Assembly: GCA_963753345.1 (NCBI GenBank)
Contig: CAVWBU010000027.1
Location: 224,001 to 288,000, forward strand
Direction of reading: 5' to 3'
Source of the DNA: an uncultured Fibrobacterota bacterium
GTDB taxonomy: Bacteria; Fibrobacterota; Chitinivibrionia; Chitinivibrionales; FEN-1185
Length of the DNA stretch: 64,000 nucleotides
Shown here one piece after another: positions 50,222-58,189 of the stretch. The position numbers were made by a program, and so were the translations under genes. The notes under the pieces were generated by a model. That model saw only the letters and a list, made by a program, of their open reading frames with translations. It was not told the DNA's origin and did not search any database. Position 1 is the stretch's first letter; each line of letters opens with the position of its first letter.

Positions 50222-50662
50222 TTACAGATGCTTTACCGTAAGGCCGCTAAATTGCTTTTGCAGGTATTCGGCAGCCAATCGCCTGTGGCATTTGTCGGGC
50301 GTTGACTCGGAGCACAAGAGACATGACATATTAAGTTGTTCAATCGACATCGTTTTGTGTGGAGCCCTCAGGTTAATCAGCGCATTGTACTTCGTTTCGT
50401 ATTCGGCCCAGGAGATCAGCTTCTTATGATAGCCATCCAGCAGTTCTTTTGATGGCGCGAAATCCGGGATATGCCTGTATGAACAATGACAAACGACCTC
50501 AAGGAAAAACTGCAAGTCCTCCCTTTTTGAATATCCTGCAAGTTGAGAGGAGTTGTTAAGCCTTACGTCAATTAATTGAACAACACGATTTTGATTGAGG
50601 ATAGTGAAAAACGTGCGGGCAGGCTTCTTAGTAAACCCTATTGTGTACAGTACTGCTTCCAT
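50222..50662 (-). CDS. DUF488 family protein
   Basis: LYTIGFTKK; LIDVRLNNSSQLAGY; CLLCSE..CHRRL. Confidence 0.92.
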   Translation of the reverse strand: MEAVLYTIGFTKKPARTFFTILNQNRVVQLIDVRLNNSSQLAGYSKREDLQFFLEVVCHCSYRHIPDFAPSKELLDGYHKKLISWAEYETKYNALINLRAPHKTMSIEQLNMSCLLCSESTPDKCHRRLAAEYLQKQFSGLTVKHL

Positions 50663-51266
50663 TGCTTGCTTCCTCGGGATTAGAGAATGATTCATCTACA
50701 TAAGCGATGGAATCGCCTTGAATGCGATACGCCTCCTCAACAAGCTGGGCGTGAGTCCTAAGAAGATCTGGTCCGTCAAGGTGAACCATTGAGAGAAGAC
50801 GTTCTTCAATATGGTCTTGAGGTTCGATATCTCCATCGCACAGTATGTGTTCTATTTCCTTAACATCATTCCGCAAGTTCTTGCAAATCAGAATGGTCCT
50901 ATGGCACATTATAGGGTCTTTCTCGGCGCACATCAGAGCGATGTTATGATTTAAAAGGCCATCCACAATGCGCTTGAGACCTTTTCTGAAGAGCGGGTGT
51001 CTGGAAATAAGAGCATAATCGGCCTTACCATCGATGTAGCATTCAGGTGCACTAATCCTCGCTCCACATTCATTACCGAGGAAAACATAGTAGATTCCGT
51101 TATCGCGCAGAAATGCTTTTATGGTTTCACGATTGTAGTCGGGCTTAAATTTGCTGAATGGTTGTGAGCGGACATCCGCAACAGCTGAAATACCGTATTG
51201 TCTAATCGCATGCAAGAAATCTGCATTGGTGAAGCAGGAATAGCCAATTGTGAAGAGCTTGTGCAT
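50628..51266 (-). CDS. DUF488 family protein
   Basis: LFTIGYS; ADVRSQPFS; ALMCAEKDP..CHR. Confidence 0.92.
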   Translation of the reverse strand: MHKLFTIGYSCFTNADFLHAIRQYGISAVADVRSQPFSKFKPDYNRETIKAFLRDNGIYYVFLGNECGARISAPECYIDGKADYALISRHPLFRKGLKRIVDGLLNHNIALMCAEKDPIMCHRTILICKNLRNDVKEIEHILCDGDIEPQDHIEERLLSMVHLDGPDLLRTHAQLVEEAYRIQGDSIAYVDESFSNPEEASNGSSTVHNRVY

Positions 51267-51275
51267 GCTTGCGGT

Positions 51276-51977
51276 CTATTTCTCTATGATTGTGGCTGCC
51301 AACTTATAGTGATACCCGTTGAAGGGCTTCGTCAAACTGATGCAGAGCAAACAACCCTTTGACTTTAGAAGTACCTTTCGCGCCGGACTACCCGGTCCTG
51401 GAAACGGCTTGAAGTACTTGATGTCAATATCCGGGTCAGTAATGGCAAGATCAAAATCCGACCCGCCATAGGAAAATAGTGCACGCCGTCGTTTCTGGTC
51501 ATGGCCTTCAAATTCGTTGTAAATTGTTGATATTTGCATGCGAAAATTCGCAGGTTCCACGATGCAAAGAGATGACTTTGATTTTTGTGAAAGGAAGAAG
51601 GTTGATGAAACCCTATCGGACATCCTACGCGGTTCAATCCAAAGATTCTGAGGATGTTCAGTAAGAACAGCTAGTGATTCTTTTCGCAAAGTCCCGATTC
51701 TTTCCCAGCGGCCGGGCGAAATCAGCCAGTTCTCCGGCTGGGTTTCGGACGGGGCAGGTTCAATGCAGGGAAGTTTGACGATGTCCAATATGCCGGGAGT
51801 GTTACCGTTTGAATATGAAATGTCATGAAGTGACAGAGCGCCATCATCATGTTGTGAGACCGGTCTTATCCAGACCCCAGCCACAAGACGGCCCGTTTTC
51901 CGGATAATTTCCTTTCCTGCCACGCAGTATTGTCCGTGCTTGACAGACCTTGCAAGAATCACTATTTCCTTTTGCAT
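51276..51977 (-). CDS. Dual OB-fold-containing protein
   Basis: LARSVKHGQYCVAG..WIRPVS; QPENW; DLAITDP; CISLTKPF..YKLAATI; directly upstream of two DUF488 genes. Confidence 0.8.
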   Translation of the reverse strand: MQKEIVILARSVKHGQYCVAGKEIIRKTGRLVAGVWIRPVSQHDDGALSLHDISYSNGNTPGILDIVKLPCIEPAPSETQPENWLISPGRWERIGTLRKESLAVLTEHPQNLWIEPRRMSDRVSSTFFLSQKSKSSLCIVEPANFRMQISTIYNEFEGHDQKRRRALFSYGGSDFDLAITDPDIDIKYFKPFPGPGSPARKVLLKSKGCLLCISLTKPFNGYHYKLAATIIEK

Positions 51978-52082
51978 TTAGCCACCCGCCACGACAGAAG
52001 ATAATGGCGCCTCAGAGAAAAATGCATAATGCAGCTGTCAAAAGCACGATTTTGGTGCAAGGTTTCTACATCCAGTTGCCGC

Positions 52083-52322
52083 TACAGAACATGTAATGTC
52101 TTTCGCCTCGGTTTTTCCGCGCGGGGCTCGTCCACCTGCTCGATAACCTGGAACGGCAATACAATGTTCGTAACTTCGTTGGTCTTGCCGTTCCACACAA
52201 GCTCGACCTCGCGCTTGTCTTCGAACAACAGGAAACGGTACTTGTCCGGAAGCGGCTTGTCCGCTTCGATGCGGCGGCTTTGAGGGCTTCGGATTTATTG
52301 TGAGCCAGTCGAGAAGGGGCAT
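52083..52322 (-). pseudogene. Chimeric remnant of site-specific DNA methyltransferase (type III mod-like) 5' ends
   Basis: MPLLDWL(NKSEALKAA) frameshifted into IEADKPLPDKYRFLLFEDKREVELVWNGKTNEVTNIVLPFQVIEQVDEPR, then stop. Confidence 0.7.
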
Positions 52323-52546
52323 TTGTGAAGAGGTCTCCTATTGCGGCTTCAGAAAGGTGCGACTTTGAACGATCAATCTTAAAATAGGATTTGAGAAGGG
52401 GGGTGGCGTGGGATTTCGGAGAACCAGAGTCGAATGCCGTGGGAATAATGATGCGATAACTAAATAAATCAAATTCAATTTTGGATTGCTGAGCCGGTGC
52501 GGCGCGGATGTACCCGTGGCAAGACCAGCAACAAGATAAGAAAGAA

Positions 52547-52703
52547 TTGGGCGTTCCCCTCCCCCTCGACTTCGCTCGGGGTCGGGTCGGCCGTCCTTAC
52601 GGTCTCGGCTTCGCCTCGGGCTGCCTGCCACATAGGCCCTGCGGGCCGTGGTCAGGCAGCACCGTGCTCCAGCACGGCCTCCAGTCCTGCCTAACGCTGG
52701 GCA
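52547..52703 (+). repeat. Structured TTGGGCG...CGCTGGGCA element, divergent copy
   Basis: GGCCGTCCTT.CGGTCTCGGC and CCTCCAGTCCTGCCT blocks shared with 63604-63749. Confidence 0.85.
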
Positions 52704-52861
52704 GAGGGACATTACCCATCTGTCAATAACTGCTGCGCAAATACAAATGAGGAAATGTCTTTAGCAATCCACATTCCGCATTCCGCAATCTACAATTCTT
52801 CCCATCTCCCCCGCGATCAGTTCCGCCTGCTTCATCCTTGATTGTGCGCCGACGGTAAAGA

Positions 52862-52994
52862 ATACTGTTGAGGCCTGCACTGAGCCCTTCGACAGCGCTT
52901 CGTCAAGCTCAGCACGAGGCTCAGGACAAGCTTCGTCGAAGTGACGACAGTGGCACACGGTTGGGATTCTCGGTGATGCAACTCACCCGTGCGG
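52862..52994. repeat. REP-like doublet with nested mini-element insertions
   Basis: GAGG[CCTGCACTGAGC..GTCGAAGTG]ACGACAGTGGCAC. Confidence 0.75.
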
Positions 52995-52997
52995 ATG

Positions 52998-55730
52998 CTA
53001 GTGTGCATACTGGTTCAGGATGGATTTGAGTCTATGATCCTCACCGGATTCGTTCGTTTTGAATCTATAGAGCGGAATTCCACACAGCGCAAACGCTTTG
53101 TTTTTGATCGTGTCCCGTACCGATTGTTCGATATTTTGCTCGTGATGCCTTATCCCATCCACTTCAAGAGCAAATAATGGTTTCCTGCTTGTGCTGTTAT
53201 AAAACAAAAAGTCCACATGCGTCCACGGATGGGTTATGTACTGCTTTTCCCTCTGATCCAGTCCTGTTAAATCGGTGATGAGTTTCCCCACTCTCGCATG
53301 CATTGTAAATGAAATGTATGGATAGTTCTTAAGCATGGCCGATATGAGTTGGTTCATCAGGAGCTCGGTAAAGTGTTCCCGGCTTTTTTTCCGATATTGC
53401 GCAATCAATTCATCCCTGTGTTCACCATAGAGCTTATCGAATATCGATGTGATTACCGATTCCCTCGTTACCGAATGGCCATACAGATACTCGATGTAAT
53501 CGATAAGGTCTTTTATGGTGTTGTTTGATGAATGATAAACCTTGTCCGATACGACAATGGTGACCTTTTTGATTCCCCTCGATATTGCCACATTCAAAAG
53601 TTCTTTATTGGTTATGAAATCATACAATCGGTTCTCAGTTGCAATATCACTTTTGTCCAATGAGTTAACCACAAACGACAAAACGACTTCTTCCTTCTGC
53701 CGGCCCTGATATTTATGGACGGTGTCGGCTTCGATTCCAGTCTCTTTGAATTTTTTACGAATCATGTCCGCCTGACATCTGAACGGCGTTATCACACCGG
53801 TGTCTTTTAATGGGGCGCCCTGCAACAAAACGCCTATTTCATCAATCTCCCGCTCATTGTATTGACCCCTGCCATTGGGGTTTCTTCTTGCATGATTGCC
53901 TGGAACGGTTTTGATGACGTTTAAATGTATACCATCGTTTTTCGTCATGACAATCAATTCATTATCGTAGAACATTTTATTGCAGAAACCTATGATGTCG
54001 GGAGCACAGCGATAATGTTCTTTGAGCAAAGTCGTCGGTACGTGGGGAATCGCGGTTTTCACGGACCTAAGGATGGAATTGGATTCATACCGGAAGCAGA
54101 AGTCTATACCGAATTTTTTCGACAACTCCCTCGAATGTGGAACCAAACTTTCGTCTTCGATTTCCTGGAGTTGTTTTGAGTCACCGACGACCACAAGGTT
54201 TCTTGCGCAACTGATGGCCAAAATACTGCTCAGCAGGTCACCCTGGGACGCTTCATCGATGATCAGATAGTCGAGCAGAAGTCTTTGCCCGACATTGTTA
54301 AGCAACGAATGCGACGTACTTAAAATGACAGGATAGCGCTTTACAAAGTGAGCGAAATCCGTTTTGTAGTTTTTAGGAGTGAATGATGCCGTATCTTCGT
54401 TCTTATATCGCTGATACAGCAAACCGGAAAAAACCCGGAGGGACAGATTTTGAAGTTCTTCCTTGAGCTCGGCACCTTTGTTCTTGACAATATATTTTTG
54501 ATGTTCTTTAATCAGGTTCCTAATCTCACGCCTTTTCGCAACATAGAACAATCTTTCCGCCGCATCCAGAAGTTTCCCATTGGCTTCCCTCCTGACCCGG
54601 GTTTTGAATTTTCTTTTTATCAGGTAACGTGCAAACACTCCGAGCGGCTTGCCCGATTCGAGTTTGATTTTCAACTTCAGATATTCTTCCGACGCAAGAT
54701 CGGGTTTTATTTGACAACCTTCCGTCATGCCGGCCCTGAGATGTTCCAATTCTTTTTCGAGCTCGGCCAGCTCAACCCTCTTTTTTGCCACCACGTTCTC
54801 GGCTTCATGCACTTGTTTTAAAATGCTTCCGAGTTTGTCGATTCTCGCGCCGATGGTTTCCGGGAGGGGTTTGAAATCGCCGTCAAGGAAGGCGGTCAGT
54901 TCACTCTCGCCCGCCGACGAGAAAAAAGCGTCAACGCGTTCTTTGCTGCCTAACAACGCAACGAAGAACGCGTGCTTTTCCTCGTTGAGTTTGTCATACA
55001 CATTTTGGATCGCAGCGTTATTGTTCGATACAACGGCGCACGTATATCCGTTTGCCACGATATTGGCGATCAGGTTCAATATCGTCTGTGTTTTTCCCGT
55101 TCCGGGTGGGCCTTCGATGACGGATATGTTATTGCCCAATGCATTTTCGATTGCCGCTCTTTGACTTTGATTGAAACTGAACGGGAGTATGATAGAACAC
55201 TGCTTCCCGATGTCCCGGCAACGTCCCTTGAAGTAGTCAAAAAGACACGAATTCTCGCTAAAGGAAATTCTCTTGAAGTTTTTCGAAAGATAATGCAGCG
55301 GAGATTTTTCTTCCGCTATTTCCAATCCCTTTTCCGCGAGCGCGGTATAATATTGCCGGATCTTTCTGTATCTATCGCTTTCGAACCGGACCTGATCGGT
55401 CAGGAAGTCTTTATCTCCGATATATACGCGATAGTATCCTTTTTCAAATTCGTCAACCCGGACCGCATCTACGACTTTATGGTCGACAAGGACCTCAATA
55501 TTTTCAAGCGGGACCGTTCTCAGGCAGTCGAGGACATTAACGCGATCTTGCGTGTAAAAATACTTTTGCTTGCCCCCTCTGAAGTATATGGCATAACCTG
55601 TAAATCTGCCATGCGAAAAGGCCTCATACATTGCCGATATTTGCTTTGTTTTGTCTTCCCATGCACCCGTCTCACATTTACAGAGAAGAATTCTCCTCTT
55701 TTGCGGGTCGATATTGACTCTTTCAGACAA
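52998..55730 (-). CDS. Superfamily 1 (Upf1/DNA2-like) helicase with C-terminal DUF2726/Vsr-like nuclease domain
   Basis: NQSQ; EGPPGTGKT; IIDEASQ; VGDSKQL; HYRC; TVHKYQGRQ; NVAISR; HVDFL..ALEVDGIRHH. Confidence 0.92.
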   Translation of the reverse strand: MSERVNIDPQKRRILLCKCETGAWEDKTKQISAMYEAFSHGRFTGYAIYFRGGKQKYFYTQDRVNVLDCLRTVPLENIEVLVDHKVVDAVRVDEFEKGYYRVYIGDKDFLTDQVRFESDRYRKIRQYYTALAEKGLEIAEEKSPLHYLSKNFKRISFSENSCLFDYFKGRCRDIGKQCSIILPFSFNQSQRAAIENALGNNISVIEGPPGTGKTQTILNLIANIVANGYTCAVVSNNNAAIQNVYDKLNEEKHAFFVALLGSKERVDAFFSSAGESELTAFLDGDFKPLPETIGARIDKLGSILKQVHEAENVVAKKRVELAELEKELEHLRAGMTEGCQIKPDLASEEYLKLKIKLESGKPLGVFARYLIKRKFKTRVRREANGKLLDAAERLFYVAKRREIRNLIKEHQKYIVKNKGAELKEELQNLSLRVFSGLLYQRYKNEDTASFTPKNYKTDFAHFVKRYPVILSTSHSLLNNVGQRLLLDYLIIDEASQGDLLSSILAISCARNLVVVGDSKQLQEIEDESLVPHSRELSKKFGIDFCFRYESNSILRSVKTAIPHVPTTLLKEHYRCAPDIIGFCNKMFYDNELIVMTKNDGIHLNVIKTVPGNHARRNPNGRGQYNEREIDEIGVLLQGAPLKDTGVITPFRCQADMIRKKFKETGIEADTVHKYQGRQKEEVVLSFVVNSLDKSDIATENRLYDFITNKELLNVAISRGIKKVTIVVSDKVYHSSNNTIKDLIDYIEYLYGHSVTRESVITSIFDKLYGEHRDELIAQYRKKSREHFTELLMNQLISAMLKNYPYISFTMHARVGKLITDLTGLDQREKQYITHPWTHVDFLFYNSTSRKPLFALEVDGIRHHEQNIEQSVRDTIKNKAFALCGIPLYRFKTNESGEDHRLKSILNQYAH

Positions 55731-55873
55731 AGATGTATCTCCTCAAAGATCAATAGGCCCAATTTTATTCAGTTTCCATGCAACCGCCCTCCGTGTCCGT
55801 CTATAATCTCGCCATCTGACGCAATGCACAACGGAGTCTTGAAGGCTGCCTGGGCGACAACAAACGGGAAGGG

Positions 55874-55984
55874 GCACTGCCGAGGCCTGCACTGAGCAGC
55901 GCGCTGCACTGAGCTTCGCCGAAGGGTCGAAGTGATGGCAGTGGCAATCGATTGTGATTCATTATAACACGAGGCACCCGTGCG
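55874..55984. repeat. REP-like doublet with nested mini-element insertions
   Basis: GCACTGCCGAGG[CCTGCACTGAGC..GTCGAAGTG]ATGGCAGTGGCA..ATTGTGATT..GGCACCCGTGCG. Confidence 0.8.
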
Positions 55985-55998
55985 ACAAAATCTGGTAG

Positions 55999-56856
55999 CT
56001 ACGCTAACCGCACATTGCCGCCGAACAATTTCTTTGGATCAAAGCCCGGACCCGTTAATTTCTGTCTTGTTGCCATCATGTCATATAGGGGAAACAGATA
56101 GACCAAGTTCTGTTTCATTTCTTCAACGATGTTCTCGACACTGATTCTTGGGTCATCCTGCTCATATAATTTTCTAATTCCGGAATACCCTTCGGTGTGA
56201 CTCTTCTTTATGAACTGAAATAGATCCTTCTTGTCAATTCCGGTATCTAACGGAAAATTCTCATCGTTCACCACGTAATTGAATCCTTGACCAAGAAGCG
56301 GCTGGAGCCTCGTCCAATAACTGTCTCCAAAGTTGGGGTTTTTTCTCAAATTCTTTAAAAACTCCGACTTATCATATCTGTTCTTATCGGTAAAAATGAG
56401 GTAAGCCCCAAAGTCGGCGTTGCTTATGTAGAACTGGATCCTGGTATGAACGTAAAAGGCGTTGTAGTAATCTGCGTCATCTCTTTGACTGAATTGGTAT
56501 ACGCCGGGCAAATCTCTGTAGAAGTTGAGTTGCTCTTTGCTCTTTCCATAATGGAGCCACAACCATCCGATTTGCTTGACAATAGGTTGCCAGCGCCCGA
56601 CGGGTCCTTCTTTGTCGTCGGTTTCTCCGGTATCAACTCTTATCCAAATGAAATGGGTTGAGGAGGTGTAATGCTGTTTTTGATGGTGCCGGTGAAGGTC
56701 CCACCCTTGGGATTCAATAAACTTGAACAGCGGAGCATCTAGCCACAGGAATTCATCGCGGACTCTTTCTCTTTCCAAGCGTATTTGAGGAGTGTCATTC
56801 TCGTCCTTAGGCGGAGTAAAAGCATCGTAGTGTTTTTTGGTAAAGAGTTGAGACAT
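55999..56856 (-). CDS. Hypothetical protein
   Basis: 285-aa AT-richer ORF with AAGGAG RBS; no recognised motif. Confidence 0.75.
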   Translation of the reverse strand: MSQLFTKKHYDAFTPPKDENDTPQIRLERERVRDEFLWLDAPLFKFIESQGWDLHRHHQKQHYTSSTHFIWIRVDTGETDDKEGPVGRWQPIVKQIGWLWLHYGKSKEQLNFYRDLPGVYQFSQRDDADYYNAFYVHTRIQFYISNADFGAYLIFTDKNRYDKSEFLKNLRKNPNFGDSYWTRLQPLLGQGFNYVVNDENFPLDTGIDKKDLFQFIKKSHTEGYSGIRKLYEQDDPRISVENIVEEMKQNLVYLFPLYDMMATRQKLTGPGFDPKKLFGGNVRLA

Positions 56857-57039
56857 ACCCTTGCTCCTTTCGAATGAAATGAACTGAATTACCTTTTACA
56901 AACATTTCCTTTGTCCGCGCGTTTGGGGAACGCAACCACCCCTGCAAATCACCATCGTTTTGTAACAAATTGGCACTGTTATCCGCGTATGCCGCGTTAC
57001 CATGGGCTCATTTCAGATGTGATTGCGACGCCGTGAGCT

Positions 57040-57657
57040 CTACCTCGGTATCCTTGATCGTGTGTGGTCTGTGACAAGCACTGGCTGAACGACAGGCGGC
57101 AGATTGACCGGCTCTTGCAGGCGAAGGTACCATTGAATGCATCTAACCGTCCCCCCGAATTGCAAGCGCGCATATTGAACGACACTGCCTTTTTCCCTGG
57201 CTGAAGCAAGGAGGTCCTTCGCATCGAGTGCATGCGCTTGCCGCGGACCGCCGAAGTGCGGCATGTATCCTTCGTAAAGGATCAAACGGTAATCCGCACC
57301 CGCTTTCAGGAGTTCGTGAAGCAAATTGACCGCAGCGAAAGCCATAGCAATCCCAGCCCCAAGGTACCAATAATGGGTAGGATCCTCAAACGGCAAGCGG
57401 CCAGCCGGGTTGTTCCTTTCATCAAAGACAAAGAACAACGGCGCCTCAACAATCAAATGCAATTCGGGGAGCGACCACTTGGCGAGGAAGGAAACCATGT
57501 CGCCGTAAGTCGAATCCTGGCTCTCGAAAGTATCCCCCTGACGCTTCGAGATACCGCAGGAAGGGTTCTTTCCGGCGGCGAAACCGATGTCAAGAGCGAC
57601 AAGGCTGTCGTCGGGAGCGGAGGTGAGAAGAGGAATGGTGCCGTTAGTGATTTGCAT
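57040..57657 (-). CDS. Hypothetical protein, possible RNase H-like fold nuclease (DUF429-like)
   Basis: VALDIGF..LIVEAPL..LYEGY..HALDA pattern of acidic residues. Confidence 0.55.
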   Translation of the reverse strand: MQITNGTIPLLTSAPDDSLVALDIGFAAGKNPSCGISKRQGDTFESQDSTYGDMVSFLAKWSLPELHLIVEAPLFFVFDERNNPAGRLPFEDPTHYWYLGAGIAMAFAAVNLLHELLKAGADYRLILYEGYMPHFGGPRQAHALDAKDLLASAREKGSVVQYARLQFGGTVRCIQWYLRLQEPVNLPPVVQPVLVTDHTRSRIPR

Positions 57658-57850
57658 GGGATTGAATCTCCGTTACAATGAAAATGGCCCGACCGTAGAA
57701 GGAGCGCTTCGGCTTCCGCGCCTGAGAATTATCCTGAAAAGTAGAATGTCTGGCAACGTTTCGGCCCCGATGCCGATGCTCGTCAAGGGCGCCCCCTGGC
57801 ATGTTGTAGACACTTGGGACCTGCTTCTCGGTCACCTTCTGAACCCCGAG

Positions 57851-58189
57851 CTAACCAGCTGCGTCATGGTCCTCAACTTGAGCGTCTTTTTGCGATGATT
57901 GCTTCCAATATCTTTCGTATTCTGGCAAGTATAGTCGTTCGGATTCGTCTATGAATTCCTTCCTTCTTCCTTTGAGATCTCGTAACTTCTCGTAAATCAT
58001 CTTGTAGACGATTTGATGTGCCTGGTTCTTGATTAAATCATCGGTATACTCGTCGAACTCAACATCCTCGTGCAACGTCAAATCCACAAGCCTAAGCAGA
58101 TCCTCCTTTGAGATCTTGCTGACATCCGCGTATGCACCATGTTCTTTGAGATAGGAACCCAAATTGTTCTCAATCCTTAGTAGCTTCAT
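57851..58189 (-). CDS. Small hypothetical protein coupled to the PHP-ATPase gene
   Basis: MKLLRIENN start with GGAGG RBS, overlapping the 3' end of the upstream gene. Confidence 0.75.
   Translation of the reverse strand: MKLLRIENNLGSYLKEHGAYADVSKISKEDLLRLVDLTLHEDVEFDEYTDDLIKNQAHQIVYKMIYEKLRDLKGRRKEFIDESERLYLPEYERYWKQSSQKDAQVEDHDAAG

Noticed and set aside
49084-50241. Many overlapping ORFs in the GC-rich duplicated region (also 60578-61520)
   Set aside because: Low-complexity Ala/Arg/Pro/Gly translations of palindromic DNA with no RBS or motifs.
44853-55730. Gabija (GajA+GajB)
   Set aside because: The helicase is Upf1/DNA2-like rather than UvrD-like and lies more than 6 kb from the OLD gene.
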